DNA of 61,979 nt, filler included, from Collodictyon triciliatum (GCA_043381765.1; 12 parts of 12 records of this genome joined end to end with filler, not necessarily neighbours in it); one strand, 5' to 3'; shown: positions 12,547 through 29,709, counted from the first letter of the whole stretch. Numbers and translations are program-made. The notes: generated by a model from the sequence alone, not told the origin.

Positions 12547-14511
12547 ATGTCCAGCCAGCGCCCTTCCTTCGCCTCTCTCATCTCGCTGGAGCTCCAATGC
12601 CCGGGCTGCACCAACGCCAATCCCGCAGATAACCCCACCAAGTGCGGCCACTTCTTCTGTGACGCTTGTGTCACCGTCATAACAAACTTGCCGGGAGACA
12701 GCAGCACTCCCAAGTGCCCCATGTGCGCAGAAGACTTTCAGGTTTTGTCGACCGAGAAAAAAGAGGACTACAAACAACTCTTGAAGCCCATCCATAGCTC
12801 GCTGAAGGGTGACTCGCACTGTGCAACCTGCTCGAGCATGGCCCCTTCGGTGGTGTGTACCTCGGACTGTGGGTTCTTGTGCCTATATTGCAACGAAAAG
12901 CATCAGACAGGCCATCAAACACTGTACGACTCTTATCGCGCAGCATCGTGCATAGACAAGACTCTATACTTTTGATTGGTCCAAGCCTCGATTGCTCTAA
13001 TCCTCATCTTCTTGATTTTTTTATTCGATTCTCTTGATTGTCAATAGCTCGGTGTTTCAGTGCGACCTGAATGAAATGATAATACCAGGCAAGTGTATTT
13101 GTCACTCGCGCCCAATCACTCATGTGTGCGCGGTGTGTTGGGGAAATGTCGGAAAGTGCGCTCTATGCATGGAAAGTAGCCTGGACTGTAGCCATCATCA
13201 CCCACATACAAAGATTGGAAGTATCGGAGCCTGCAATACCACATGCGGAGCGATGCTTGGTATCATCATTGAAAAGCGCGAGCAAATAGATGAATCAATA
13301 GAGAGCATCGATACGGAGTTGAAGAAGGTAATATATATATATATTTATAAAAAAAAAAACATCTCCTTCGGATTTCAGGATTGTAGCATAATATCGTGAG
13401 CTTTTTGCTTCTATGATATTCCTTTCCGAGATATATTAGCATATTGCGACAAGGGATGTTGCTTCAAACATAAAAATGATTGAAATAAAAGAAAAGAGCA
13501 TTGAATGGTTTAATTATTTTCGTCTTGGCAGGTTGACGGCCAGCTATTTGATATCCAGAGGAAAATACAAGATTACTGCAATAAATTTGAAGAGAAAAGC
13601 TTATTCAAAAAGGATGAGAAAATGAAAGAGGTACTATTTTCTTTTTGAGCAGGGGAAGTAGTATTCTGAAGGTGGATTGAAGTTCTAATTATCAAGTTAT
13701 ATATAAACAGCTGGAAGAAATAGCACAAGAGTCAAAAAAGGGACACCAAGACCAGAAGAAGAAGCTTCACTTGCGCATCCAGGTGATTAAACATATGGAG
13801 AAAATCTTAAAAATAGCGACAAGGATCGAATTTGGTCAGGAAACAAATGCAAGACTGGCGAAGTACAAGAAGGTGGTCGATGAGATAGGAACGTGGGGAA
13901 TTGAGCTGATTTCGCCAATCAAGATAGAGATAGAAATCCCAGACGAGCCGGGTGACATCGTGCGTAAGTCTTATGTCAACAATATGAAGAAGATCATTGC
14001 AGTGTCGATCTTTGTAGCATTTGTATCCATCGCCATCGGATACTTGGTATACTACGGATTATCTACGAAGCTACAGGATACAGAGATTCAATATTATGTC
14101 GTAAGCAAGGACTTAAATATGACTCTTGCTGACGTCAGGAAGCTGTCTGAACTTTTATCAGCTGAAAAGCACCACCTGAAAGAAGTAAAGGATTTTGTCG
14201 AACAGCTTCAACAAGAATTGTTAGAATGGAAACAGAAACATGAAGACATGGAGAAAATGCTTCATGAAGAGAAACAATCTTCCAATTTAAAGTCATCTAA
14301 GTTGGATGAACTCATGATCAAGAATAATCAGTTGGAAGATATGCTCAGGAAAGAAAGAGAGTATAGTTCTTCGACCTTGGAACAGTTAACTAAATGTAAT
14401 CTCAAAATTAAAAAAATTAGCACTGAGCGCTCGAGTTCTACAGAGTTCCATCCATTCAAAAAAGTTATCATTTCCTTGGCTCTCTTTTCGATTGCATTTA
14501 TCACCTCTTAG
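12547..14511 (+). CDS. RING / B-box / coiled-coil (TRIM-like) protein with TM helix, second coiled coil and hydrophobic C-terminus, 4 exons
   Basis: RING CPGC..KCGHFFCDAC..CPMC; B-box-like CATC..VCTSDCGFLCLYCNEKH and C.CH....HVCAVC...C.LC. Exons ~12547-12923, 13048-13327, 13532-13630 and 13711-14511 join in frame through GT-AG. TM IIAVSIFVAFVSIAIGYLVYYGL; C-terminus SSSTEFHPFKKVIISLALFSIAFITS*. Confidence 0.8.
13010..13039 (-). mobile_element. Short, degenerate micro-retroelement copy (8-bp direct repeat) in intron 1 of the TRIM-like gene
   Basis: TCTTGATT + TTTTTATTCGATTC + TCTTGATT. The reverse complement of the insert is GAATCGAATAAAAA. Confidence 0.55.
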
Positions 14512-15013
14512 CTTAATTGAACTCGCATACGCTGTGGGCAGTTTCATGATAAGGCGCCTTTTGTCGACTGACTGGCCAAAGCGTGCAAAGCTACAACAAT
14601 CTCACCAAAACAACCGCCACTCGGAGAACGAGAAAGGAACAAGGTGATAAAAATAAATAAGCAACTGATACCGAAATAATTGTCAACAAACATAAGATAA
14701 GTATGAATGGTTTATATTTATACAGCTTGGGGGTTGGTAGATTAGTTTGAATTATCTTTATTTTATTCTTCCTTTCAATTTTAGTTTGAAATATTTTTTA
14801 TTTTATTATTTCTTTCAAGAACCCAACTCACCACCCAGTATAGTGGAAGGCCGGCAAACCATGAAGTCCTTTACAAAATCAGAGTATAAAAAAAACAAAA
14901 AGAAAAAGAAAAANNNNNNNNNNNNNNNNNNNNNNNNNNNNNNNNNNNNNNNNNNNNTTAATTAATTAANNNNNNNNNNNNNNNNNNNNNNNNNNNNNNN
15001 NNNNNNNNNNNNN

Positions 15014-15157
15014 CATAAAAAAGAAACATAAAAAAGAAACATAAAAAAGAAACATAAAAAAGAAACATAAAAAAGAAACATAAAAAAGAAACATAAAAAA
15101 GAAACATAAAAAAGAAACATAAAAAAGAAACATAAAAAAGAAACATAAAAAAGAAAC
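15014..15157. repeat. (CATAAAAAAGAAA)n 13-bp minisatellite
   Basis: About 11 tandem copies at contig start. Confidence 0.95.
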
Positions 15158-15264
15158 AAGAAATAAGTAAGATTTTTTTATTTTTATAAATTATGCAAAA
15201 GACAAAAACAAAACTCAGATCATAATTTTCAAATATTTCAGAATCCGGATCTGAAACATCAACG

Positions 15265-18200
15265 ATGACGACATCTAGTTCAATATACTCGGATGATTCT
15301 GATATCACTGAGGAAGAAAGCACTAATGATGGCCCATCTGCCCATCCTCTCCGCAATCGAGGCCATTTATATAGATCACCGAATACGGAGAAAAAAGGTA
15401 TCACTCCTATAACGATATTACCTTCTCATCCTTATTCTTATTCTCACCTGCTACAATTTTTTAAATATGGTGTATGTTTTTAAAATTCCTTGTAAACAAT
15501 TTATATTTGAGCTAATGAATAAAAAATATCAGTCGGGTATACACCCAGTTCGACCGGGATTCCGCTAGAATTACAAGAAAGAGATATACAATATTGTCAA
15601 GCTGTAAGAAAGAACATTGAGACGATTCAATCGCTCTTCCCTCATGGATCTAGTTCATCTGCTACCAATACAGTCGATTTGGGGACTTTGATTGCTTTAC
15701 TTGGTTCAGAGATTCAAGAAATACCGAAACACATGAAACTAATTAACAGTCACATTGGAGAGCTAGAAGTTTCGAAATCTCAATTAGAAGCAAGACTGCA
15801 AAAGACATCAAGTGACGTACAAAAAATGGTGGCAGACAACCGAATAGCAGTTCTGCAAAAAGATAAAAAGATAAATGAACATCAAGAAATTATAACAGAG
15901 GCATTAAACAATCTCCAGGTGGCAATTCAATCTATCCCTGAAAATGAAGACTTGAAATATACAATTCAAGGCCATATCAAATCTCGAGATATAGTCGCTG
16001 CAGCGAAAGGGTTGACCAATCTCACCAAAAATGTCGGGGAGAAGCTATCTGAGCTCCAATGTGACTTTGCTTTATTGAGTAAAGAGCATGCAAGTGATCA
16101 AGAGTCACCCCACCATTTACCGGAAGGAGAAATTGGTCAGATTCTAGAGCGACTTGACCGCTCAGAATCCAATGAAGCACATCAACACACTATTATAGAA
16201 GAACAGAGGGAACTAATAGAGACACGGTCCCAATATTTGACCCAACTACTCATCTTGATAGAGACAGAAATGCTACCTGAAATCTCCATGAAAAGAGATA
16301 TTGGAAAATGGGGCAAGTTCCTCTCACAAGTCAAATCAAGCATAGATATGAGGAGCAGTCAACCAAAAGGCAACGAAATTCATGATGCAACCCCTAATAT
16401 GAGTTTAATCCTGCCCACTACACACGAAGTAGATGTTTTACACTCGTACCCTGTAAGTGCATCCGCAATGACCTCGGCAGATGTATTTGCACTAAAAGCA
16501 GAACTTGAGAAGCGAATCGAAAAATTGGGCGGGCAGCTTAAATCAACCGAAGAAACAATATCAAGACTTGTACACGAACTCAGCGAAAGCCAGTCTCTTT
16601 GTGCTAGAGTGCAGTCAGAAAACAAAGAGATTATATTACAAAATAGCATCTTAGAGCAAAAGCTCCAGAAAACGGCTCTGGTTGAGCAAAAGAACATGGA
16701 ACTCCAAGAAAAATTCAACAAGATATCTGAGCAGCAGCATCTTCAACAGCAGACATTTTTAGAGAAAGGAAAGCTTCTTTCCCCGCGACCTGACACTGAA
16801 GAATTGGATTCACACAGAATGTTGTTACAAACGATGGAGCAATGGATTTTGGACCTATGTCAAGGAATCCACTCGACCTATCAACTCGTCATGTCTACCG
16901 AGCCTGATATACAAGAATACCAAGCACTTGAGACACCATCAAAAACAAATATCCAGCGCAGTTATTTAAATGCAAAAAGTCGGATGCGCCATGTATACCT
17001 CACAATTGAAACACTTCGAGAACAAGCAGCCCTTGAACATGCAAGAAAGGAAAGGGAACTAGAAAATCGTACCATGACATCAATTCAGGAGGCTCGTGGA
17101 TCTGAAGCGAGTCAAATACTGGCGATGACAGAAACTGTGACAAACATGAGGCAGTTGTATGAGTCAAGAAATGCCCAATATGAAGAGACCTTAGCTAAGC
17201 TGGTGGAACTGCAACATTCCCAGCAAGAGAACAAAGAAGTTATCTCTCGGATGATTCTTCGACTTTCCATTCAATTATCTCGTCCATTAGAGTCAAGAAG
17301 CTTGGATGAAAATCTGCACCACTATCTGGAGTTACTCACAAATCATCTGTTGACAGACCTTCATAAACTAAAATTTGAACTGGAGAAAAGTAAAGTAGAT
17401 ATGGAAAGAAATAAAATGCATATCGAAAGGTGTGAAGACGAGCTCGAACGATGCAAAACAGCACTAATTTTGAGAGCACAATCAACGCTGCGCGATGTAG
17501 AGGAAGAATCTGTTCAGGAATCTTCATTTCACTCAGGTACTTCTTTACCTTTTGCGCGGTTCCCTTATGTCATGTTATACATAGGTGTTTTTATACAAAT
17601 ATTTAGTATCGTTCCTTCCTTCCTTCCTTTATTTATTTATTTATTATATTATGTTTTGTTTTGTTTTGTTTTGTTTTGTTTTGTTTTGTTTTGTTTTGTT
17701 TTGTTTTGTTTTGTTTTGTTTTGTTTTGTTTTGTTTTGTTTTGTTTTGTTTTGTTTTGTTTTGTTTTGTTTGTTTGTTTGTTTGTTTGTTTGTTTGTTTG
17801 TTTGCTTGTTTGCTTCATTATTAACGTCCATGTAAAACACCAATACGAACCCTTCCTATCCTGCGAGTGCTATTTACTACTATACTATGACCTAAATCGC
17901 ATGGATTACAATTTCATTTACATTTTTTGCGATCAAGTATTCAATCTCATTTATTTAATTATTTACCTTCATTGTGCAAATCACTTAAGAAGCGGAAGCA
18001 CTCAACGAGAATGATGAGCACCCCTCCGATAATGGCAATCAACAGCGTCATATGATACGAAGCACACCTAAATCCCCACCACCACGCGTTGAGAGACATA
18101 ATCTCCAATCGCTCGAAAGTTCGAGACCTACATCCGAACCAGATACATATGTAGGGGATGCTGAAAATGAGATCTACAATAGAACTCAGAGCACTGGGAA

Positions 18201-19029
18201 AGGAGTAGGTTCAAGTCTGTCGAGTCAGAGTGATATACGAGGCGACAAACAAATAGCAGATGCAGGATCAGCGGACTCGCATGTTAATCGGACGTATGTA
18301 TCGAACCCGACCAATGTCGGATTAGTTAATACTATCGAAGCGTTCACGCATCCGGATATGGCTTTTGAACACAGGGAAATCATGCGTGAAGGTCAACGCC
18401 ATGAGGTCCATTATCTCTACCCAGGGACCCATCAAACACAGACTCCAAGTCTGGCTATCCACATGAACCCGAATTCTGACCAAGCTTATTCCCAGCGTAG
18501 TCCTACCAGAAAAGATTTGTTCCATCATGAACATACTGAGCCATCCACTATGCAGTATACTCCAGTATATCATGAGACACCGATGCAGCCACGTGCGATG
18601 TACATGTCCCACCAGGCCCCAGAGCCAGAGACCGCCCAGTTTGTCAACCCTATTCCCCCACAGGCTTCGTACCAAGCACCACAGGAACAATACATGTCGC
18701 ACCAGCACAGATATCACCCAAACTCGCCACATACACCCAGGTCGAGCGTTGCGGAACAACTGCACTCACCCCGCAATTACCCAGCACACACCCACGCTCG
18801 TATATCATCTCCTACATCACCCACATCACCCACAACGACAACACCAAGAGCTATGCATCCACATAACTCATCTTCAAACACCGTTCTCCAAGCCGTTCCG
18901 CTGTCGAATTACAGAATACCCGACCCAAATATATCTCCGCGCCCACAATATGCATACCGTAGCTACGCCTCTTCAAAGTGGTCTGATTCAGGTTTCCTTA
19001 CGTCTGCTCCCATCCAATCGCCAAGGTAG
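15265..19029 (+). CDS. Large coiled-coil protein with Pro/Ser/His-rich disordered C-terminus, multi-exon, start uncertain
   Basis: Long exons ~15532-17536 (heptad-rich, E/K/Q/L) and ~17990-19029, separated by a GT-AG intron that contains (TTTTG)n. No family recognised. Confidence 0.7.
17653..17803. repeat. (TTTTG)n/(TTTG)n intronic microsatellite
   Basis: Direct observation. Confidence 0.95.
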
Positions 19030-20023
19030 GATGGCTGCGGCAAGGAAGCAGCCCACTCACAAAATAGTGGATGGCCTCCCTAATTATATCCTGTCAGAGA
19101 TTTCTCTCTTCCGCTCGTATGAAAGACTTATGCAATCCACAACCAGTTTCCCTTCTTTTATTCTACTTCTAATAAAAGAATTGAAATAAAACAGAAGCAT
19201 ACTTTAACACAGAAACAAAACAAAGAGGCAAAAACATACAGTGTCACGGCCTGATAATGCTTGGGTGATAATTGAAAATACAAATGATGAGGTGTTTGTA
19301 ATCCAAAGGCCGCGTCTGTACGATAATTTCTGATGCTATGCAATTAAAATAAATTCAAATATGCTCGCGAATTCTTTTTTCACTCCAATGTCGTCGATAT
19401 GTTCTTTTTTTTTTTGAGTGCCTGACCGAAATATTTCTGTTATACAAATCTGAATTTTTTTTTTGATATCACCCTGAACTGTCTGTTTGCCTCTAAAACA
19501 TTTATATCATCGCTGTTTTGTAATCTCATCTACAGATCTTCTGTATGTAAAGAGTCTAGACAAATGGATATCAATACCAGCGACCGACCGCTAGAATGGT
19601 GACGCGTAACTCTGAAGGATTTCTGGTACTCCTTTTTCTTTTTTTTTTCCCCTGTACGTACGAAATGATTGGCTAAAATGATATTCGAAGGACTTCAGTA
19701 GGTTAAACCATAAGGAAAATAATGTTGCTAAAGCCCTAACAAAGGAATGATATTGTGATAACCCCTGTTCGAGAAAAAAAAAAGAAGGAAAAATAGATAA
19801 ATATAGGACCTTCGTTGGTAATACCACGTCCTCTCTAGAATATTTGAATAATATTTAATATTTCTGGACCTCCATTTGGAAATTAAAGAAATTATGAAAA
19901 AAAAAGTGAAAAGTGAAAAAGTANNNNNNNNNNNNNNNNNNNNNNNNNNNNNNNNNNNNNNNNNNNNTTAATTAATTAANNNNNNNNNNNNNNNNNNNNN
20001 NNNNNNNNNNNNNNNNNNNNNNN

Positions 20024-20118
<95 letters not shown>

Positions 20119-20253
20119 CAGAGTCAATAAAAATATGAGGAAATGATCAGTTTTCAGTTGCCATTTAATTTAATCTCGCTATTTTTCATCACCCATTGAA
20201 CCTGGGACAATATTTGCCATTATATATGAATTCTATTTAATTAAAATAATCAG

Positions 20254-23200
20254 GGGCAAGTTGAAGAAATTGAGGCCTACCTTACACAAGCAACGGACCA
20301 AAACGGTCTTTTTCCACATCAAAACGTTAAACGTATTCTCCAAAATTTGTCCGCAGCTTTCTCTTCTCAAACAATTCATAGATCGAGATTGCCAGGATTT
20401 CATAGTAAAAATACAATATCATTAAATTAAAAAACTACATAAAATAGGAAATACAAAAACACTTCAAGCCCCCTATAGAATAAGGTTGCAAAAAACTATA
20501 ACGAAAGTCATCTACCCACTGCTTTACATTCAAGATTTCAACGGAAAGCCATATGAGACAGTGATATACAAAGGAAGCACAGTATTGCCATTTATTGATA
20601 GATGTATAGACGACAGCAACGACAGCAAGCCTACATGTGGCTGGCAATTCGACTCGTCGACAGGGAGACCCATTAAAAACAGCCAGGTTTCTAAGATTCT
20701 CTTCATTCATGAAAAACAGTTACGCATGGGGTTGCAAATAATATAAATAACCAAAGAAAAGATTAAAATATAAAATAAGTAGAAAATATTGCTTTAGGGT
20801 TTCTGTTGCTCTTGCTCTTTATCTGGAATTATATACAATAGCAATATAAGGTAAGTTTTTTTTTTTATACTGATAGGCCCAAAAACTATGTTGTGGTAAA
20901 AAGTGAAAACACTCTCAACATACTTGCAAATATCCATTCTAAGAGACGATAAGCGGTATGAGGTATTCAATAAATAAAATTTAAATAGAGCTGAGGATGC
21001 GTGTTCGTTCAACAGCAAGCAGTCTGCTCATTGTCTTAGATGGAGCTCCTTATGGTTCTCTGGTTACAGAGCTCTGGGTTATCAGCTTTTCTTTGAAATC
21101 AAAATCAGTGTTGACATACCTGTTCTTCTGAGTGGCGAGGAATATGGAGTGATGACTGTATACATTTCTATTTTTAATAGATACATGTTAATATAAATAA
21201 GAATGAAAAGATAATGCCTCTTGTTATGGTAATCTAGTTATGTTGCGGGAATTATCACTTTGAAAATTTTTTTCACATAAATTGCTCTGTTTAAAAAACT
21301 GAAGGAAGTTCTTAAAGTTGGCCCGACATCCAGAGCAGCTGTTACATCTAACAAGCAAGTTGCTGTCAAATTGAATGGAGACTTTGCTTCGTACACGAGC
21401 ATACCCGATTATTCGTCAAAAATCTTACTAGTTCCCTCCAGACCAAGCACCGACGCCAGAGTAAAGGTATGTTCTCTTGCTAGATCTTTGAATCGAATAA
21501 AGGAAAAAAAAATGTTCTCTTGCTAGAAAAATGGAAAAAATTCAGTTAAAAACTAAAATTTTGCTGAAAGAATCTCATCAACATATCAACTCAAAACAAT
21601 ACCCAAGGATTGCAGCAAAAAATGAATCAATACCTGAAAAAAACTATACGTTTTACCAGAATTATGCAGATAACAGTCTTTTAGTAAGTGAATCATCTGT
21701 GACTATGGACGGTTCAGAATGTGATAAGATAGGGATTAGCTTTACAGCCTTCCAGACACAAGGAAATAAGTGTGGACAAGCTTTGCAAAGTTGTTTAAAT
21801 AATCAGCCAGAAGATATCCTGAATGTAGGCACACCAGTTTTTTTTGTTATATGTTGTAGGAATGATATTCTAATTTTAAACAACAGGCTGACATGGCCTT
21901 GCTTGCAGATGGAAAGATACCAAAATATTTGGTATCAGGACAAGAACTTTTCTTTGAGAAAACGAATGTGATGATTTTTGAGACTATGATTTTCAAATAT
22001 TACAATTATTACAATGATATACTTATACATTTTTGCAAAAACAAATGAATGAAAATTGAAAATGTAGATTGGTACAAAAACGAAGCTGCAGTTAGTTAGA
22101 GAATTAAATACAGATATGACAAGTGTGGTAACTCTGAGCATAAATGCTGATTCCATAAAGTTCATAAAGAATAGGTAAACAAATTTTAAACAAAGGCAAA
22201 ATCTGATAAATATGGCACTAATATTGTAAAATATTATCAAGACATGAATTAAAGATTTACTAAAGTAATTGGATTTTGCAATATTTTGGGAAGGTCGGAG
22301 GGAAAGATTATCGCTGTAAAAGTCCTAACATTCGAAGCAATGTCGAATGAAGGAAGCGCATTTGTAACCGTACAAAATACAGGCCAAATTGATGCAGAAT
22401 ATATCGTAAGCTATTAGTTTCATACCATTCATTTTGTCATTGTAATTTTTCACATAAATTTTGGTTGGTTAGGTAAGTATACACGATTGCACAGATGGAG
22501 TCGTGCCAATTAATTCTGTGACCCGGACGATTAAGGCACAACAGGTTTCTCTTAAAACATTTCAAACTGGGGATTATGGCATTATTTTACGAAATGATGA
22601 GTATATTTGAAGGTGATTGAGGTGACCTTTGGCATGCGAGTTGATGCATCGGATGGGGCGGTATACATATGCACAGGTAAGCGTAAGTTACCTTATCAAT
22701 GACCCTGCACTAGTTCTTTCTAATGAAGCACACCGCCAAAGTTACACTCCAGGATTCGGAGTATTCAGTAATCGATCAAGAGGATATGGTCTTCAACACC
22801 ACAGCAAAAGTCACTGAAACGTCGCAGGTTTGCAAATAAAATATGCACTGCGAGGGGTGGAAGGCATTTCAGCAATGGAGTTATCTTGACACGAATTACA
22901 GGGAGGAGACGGAGCCGGAGGTTCTCCGACAGAGGGAGGAGATGGACCGAAAGAGAAGTTGACATGCGATGATTATTGCCCGAAATTGTAAGTTTCCATA
23001 GCGTAATACCACAACAGCCACATCTCCAACTTAGTTTCTTTCATGTTGATGCTCGCATAACGAGCGAACGTGTACAATGTCCAATCCCAAACCAAAACCA
23101 CCGAATGCATAACATAGCTACGACTTGCCCTGTTTCATGGTGAAAAGTTGCTGGGGGAAACTGGCAAAGACGTTTTCAGCGTTCATCGGTCTCCTTCTGG

Positions 23201-23256
23201 CGATCAAAGTATTCTTCTACATAAGGCGCAAGTACAAAAAAAGCTCAGGGAATTGA
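20254..23256 (+). CDS. HAP2: HAP2/GCS1 class II gamete fusogen, multi-exon, 5'-partial
   Basis: Spliced exons give FNGKPYETVI..CIDDSNDSKPTCGW..SQ/GFCCSCS, SAHCLRWSSLWFSGY, VAVKLNGDFASY, the HAP2-GCS1 core VTMDGSECDKIGISFTAFQTQGNKCGQALQSCLNNQPED, SVVTLSINADSIKF, GKIIAVKVLTFEAMSNEG..VTVQNTGQIDAEY, a Cys-rich stem CDDYCPKFYDLPCF...C, a TM helix and a basic tail RRKYKK. Confidence 0.95.
21469..21527 (+). mobile_element. Micro-retroelement copy 4 (27-nt insert, 16-bp TSD) at the 5' end of a HAP2 intron
   Basis: ATGTTCTCTTGCTAGA (21469-21484) + TCTTTGAATCGAATAAAGGAAAAAAAA + ATGTTCTCTTGCTAGA (21512-21527). Confidence 0.93.
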
Positions 23257-23459
23257 CCCGAAAGTTTCGAAAGGTTAAAACGCACGCCGCATTGCAAATT
23301 TTTTCATGAACAATACCATACCATATCATACCAAATAAACAACCGAACAACCAACCAACCAACCAACCAACCAAACAAACCCCACAAGATTTTATATAGA
23401 TATTTATCCTAGTTACCATTATAAAATATGTAGATTATATAGATTAGCTTGGTTGTTTC

Positions 23460-24696
23460 AATATTTTATATGAAATCAAAACTCACTTCCACTTCTGCTG
23501 GAATCTATTCTCGACCTTTTCCTAAACCAATACTTTCTCCAAGCACCGAATCTCCACCCAGCGAAAATTAAAGTTTGCGTGCCCTGAACAAAACAGCCTC
23601 CATCCATTCAGAGTCCTTGAAAGCATCCATGATATTCTTCAATTCACGTTTCTCATTTGCCTCAAACCCATCGCGTTGAGCCCAGTGCTCGATGTCAGGA
23701 ATTTCACAGGATCGAATCGTTTGCCTGATTGCACGCCAAACTATCGCCCATCATAATAGGAATAATTTTGACATCTAAAATACCATTTGTGAATCCTATA
23801 ATCTCTGGAGTGGGTGACCCATTCACTGCAGTTGATAAAATATTCTCCAGGGAAAAGTCAGATGTTGGAGCAAATATTTCTTCTAATTTCAAAGGCTCAC
23901 CCTTCGCAATGGGACATATTCTTCGTCCTGCATTTTAATTTTGTTAATATAATCCAAAAATTGAACGATATCTTTATTAGTTTCATTAGGGAATTGTATA
24001 TAATGTACACCAATTTTATCAAACTCGCTCTGCAGTATTTTAATGCTATCGTCGCTTTCAAATCGTTGGTCGCGATTTTCCATTACTACCGTAACAAAAT
24101 CTTCCAAAGAGTTTTCATTTCGTATGGCATCAATGCCCACCTGTCTTAGAAATTATTGTTGATAATTTTCATCCTGGGCCAAACAAAACCCTTCAGCAAT
24201 TGAATGTTTATATTCATACATTGTGAACTCACCAGCTGGTTCTCCTTCATCATCAATCAGGAGACGCATGTCCAGCTTTAGCACCTCCCATTCATACAAA
24301 TTCACCACTGCTTCCTGTCCCACAAGTTTTTTTACCCGTGTGTTCTATTGTATCCAGACTTACATCCATACAAATAATAAGAAATTTATTTATGTAATCA
24401 TCATATCTATAATTTTGTTCTATTCTCATATAGCTAGATTTTAAATAAATATTTTGTATCCATCCTTACAGGAGTACGTCTCGAATGCACTGAAGATTTT
24501 TTACTCTCAATTACATCCTGCCTATCTTCTACTGATTCTTCTGTTCCAAACTCTTGTAATAAATTCATATCCTCTGCTAAAACTGTATTATAAGTTGCAT
24601 TGAAATCTTTCAGTGCGTCTTTATGATCTTCTCCTCTAGACCATATTTTGGAGCATCGGATGTATTTAAACCATTATCAGCATAATACTCTGCCAT
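23460..24696 (-). pseudogene. Decayed acidic-protein gene of unknown family
   Basis: Protein-like text (VGQEAVVNLYEWEVLKLDMRLLIDDEGEPAGEFTMYEYKHSIAEGFCLAQDENYQQ*FLRQVGIDAIRNE...) broken by an in-frame TAA (~24153) and frame changes near 23890 and 23704, with no intron-sized gaps. Confidence 0.55.
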
Positions 24697-24761
24697 ATAA
24701 TCCGATATATCACAAATCCTTTTTGTATAAAATAAAAAATAGTAATTATCACATTATTCTC

Positions 24762-24805
24762 TCTTGTACCCAAATTATATATACCTAGATAATTTGGGTA
24801 CAAGA
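24762..24805. repeat. Perfect 17-bp inverted repeat with 10-nt spacer
   Basis: TCTTGTACCCAAATTAT (24762-24778) / ATAATTTGGGTACAAGA (24789-24805). Confidence 0.95.
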
Positions 24806-24811
24806 ATTCAT

Positions 24812-24912
24812 CCTTTATATACCCCTATACCTTCCTAATGTGGAATTCCAGATTTGGAAAGGAATGTTCTAGAAGGTTCTATATCCAGAAAAGGAAGGTT
24901 CTAGAAGATTCT
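24812..24912 (-). promoter_or_regulatory. Heat-shock-type promoter: two perfect 4-unit HSEs plus a TATA box
   Basis: gGAAtgTTCtaGAAggTTCt (24861-24880) and gGAAggTTCtaGAAgaTTCt (24893-24912) are alternating nGAAn pentamers. TATATAAAAGG lies on the minus strand at ~24812-24822. Confidence 0.7.
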
Positions 24913-25070
24913 ATAACCATTTTTGNNNNNNNNNNNNNNNNNNNNNNNNNNNNNNNNNNNNNNNNNNNNTTAATTAATTAANNNNNNNNNNNNNNNNNNN
25001 NNNNNNNNNNNNNNNNNNNNNNNNNAAAAAAAAAAAAGAAAAAAAAAAAAAAAATAAAAAAAGTTTTAAA

Positions 25071-25103
<33 letters not shown>

Positions 25104-25359
25104 CGATTTTACATGATGGAAGAGAAAGTAAAACACAGATGAATTTAGTATTGTGTGTTCTTGAAACACCGCAACTTGGATGGTGAAAGTCAGCCTATGT
25201 ATCTAATGTCCACATTGTTTGAAAGCAACACCAGCATTTTTTGAAATAGATAAAAATAAGTGAATGATGGTGTATACCCATGCCATTCATTTAAAGTTTT
25301 TCTGCACAAACAAATAGTAAAGTCTTTTATATTATTTTATTATGTAAATGAGTCAAAAC

Positions 25360-29709
<4,350 letters not shown>

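Noticed and set aside
24150-24156. In-frame TAA as a sign of stop-codon reassignment
   Set aside because: The same region also has frameshifts. Conserved genes show no in-frame stops and end in TAA, TAG or TGA, so pseudogene decay explains it.
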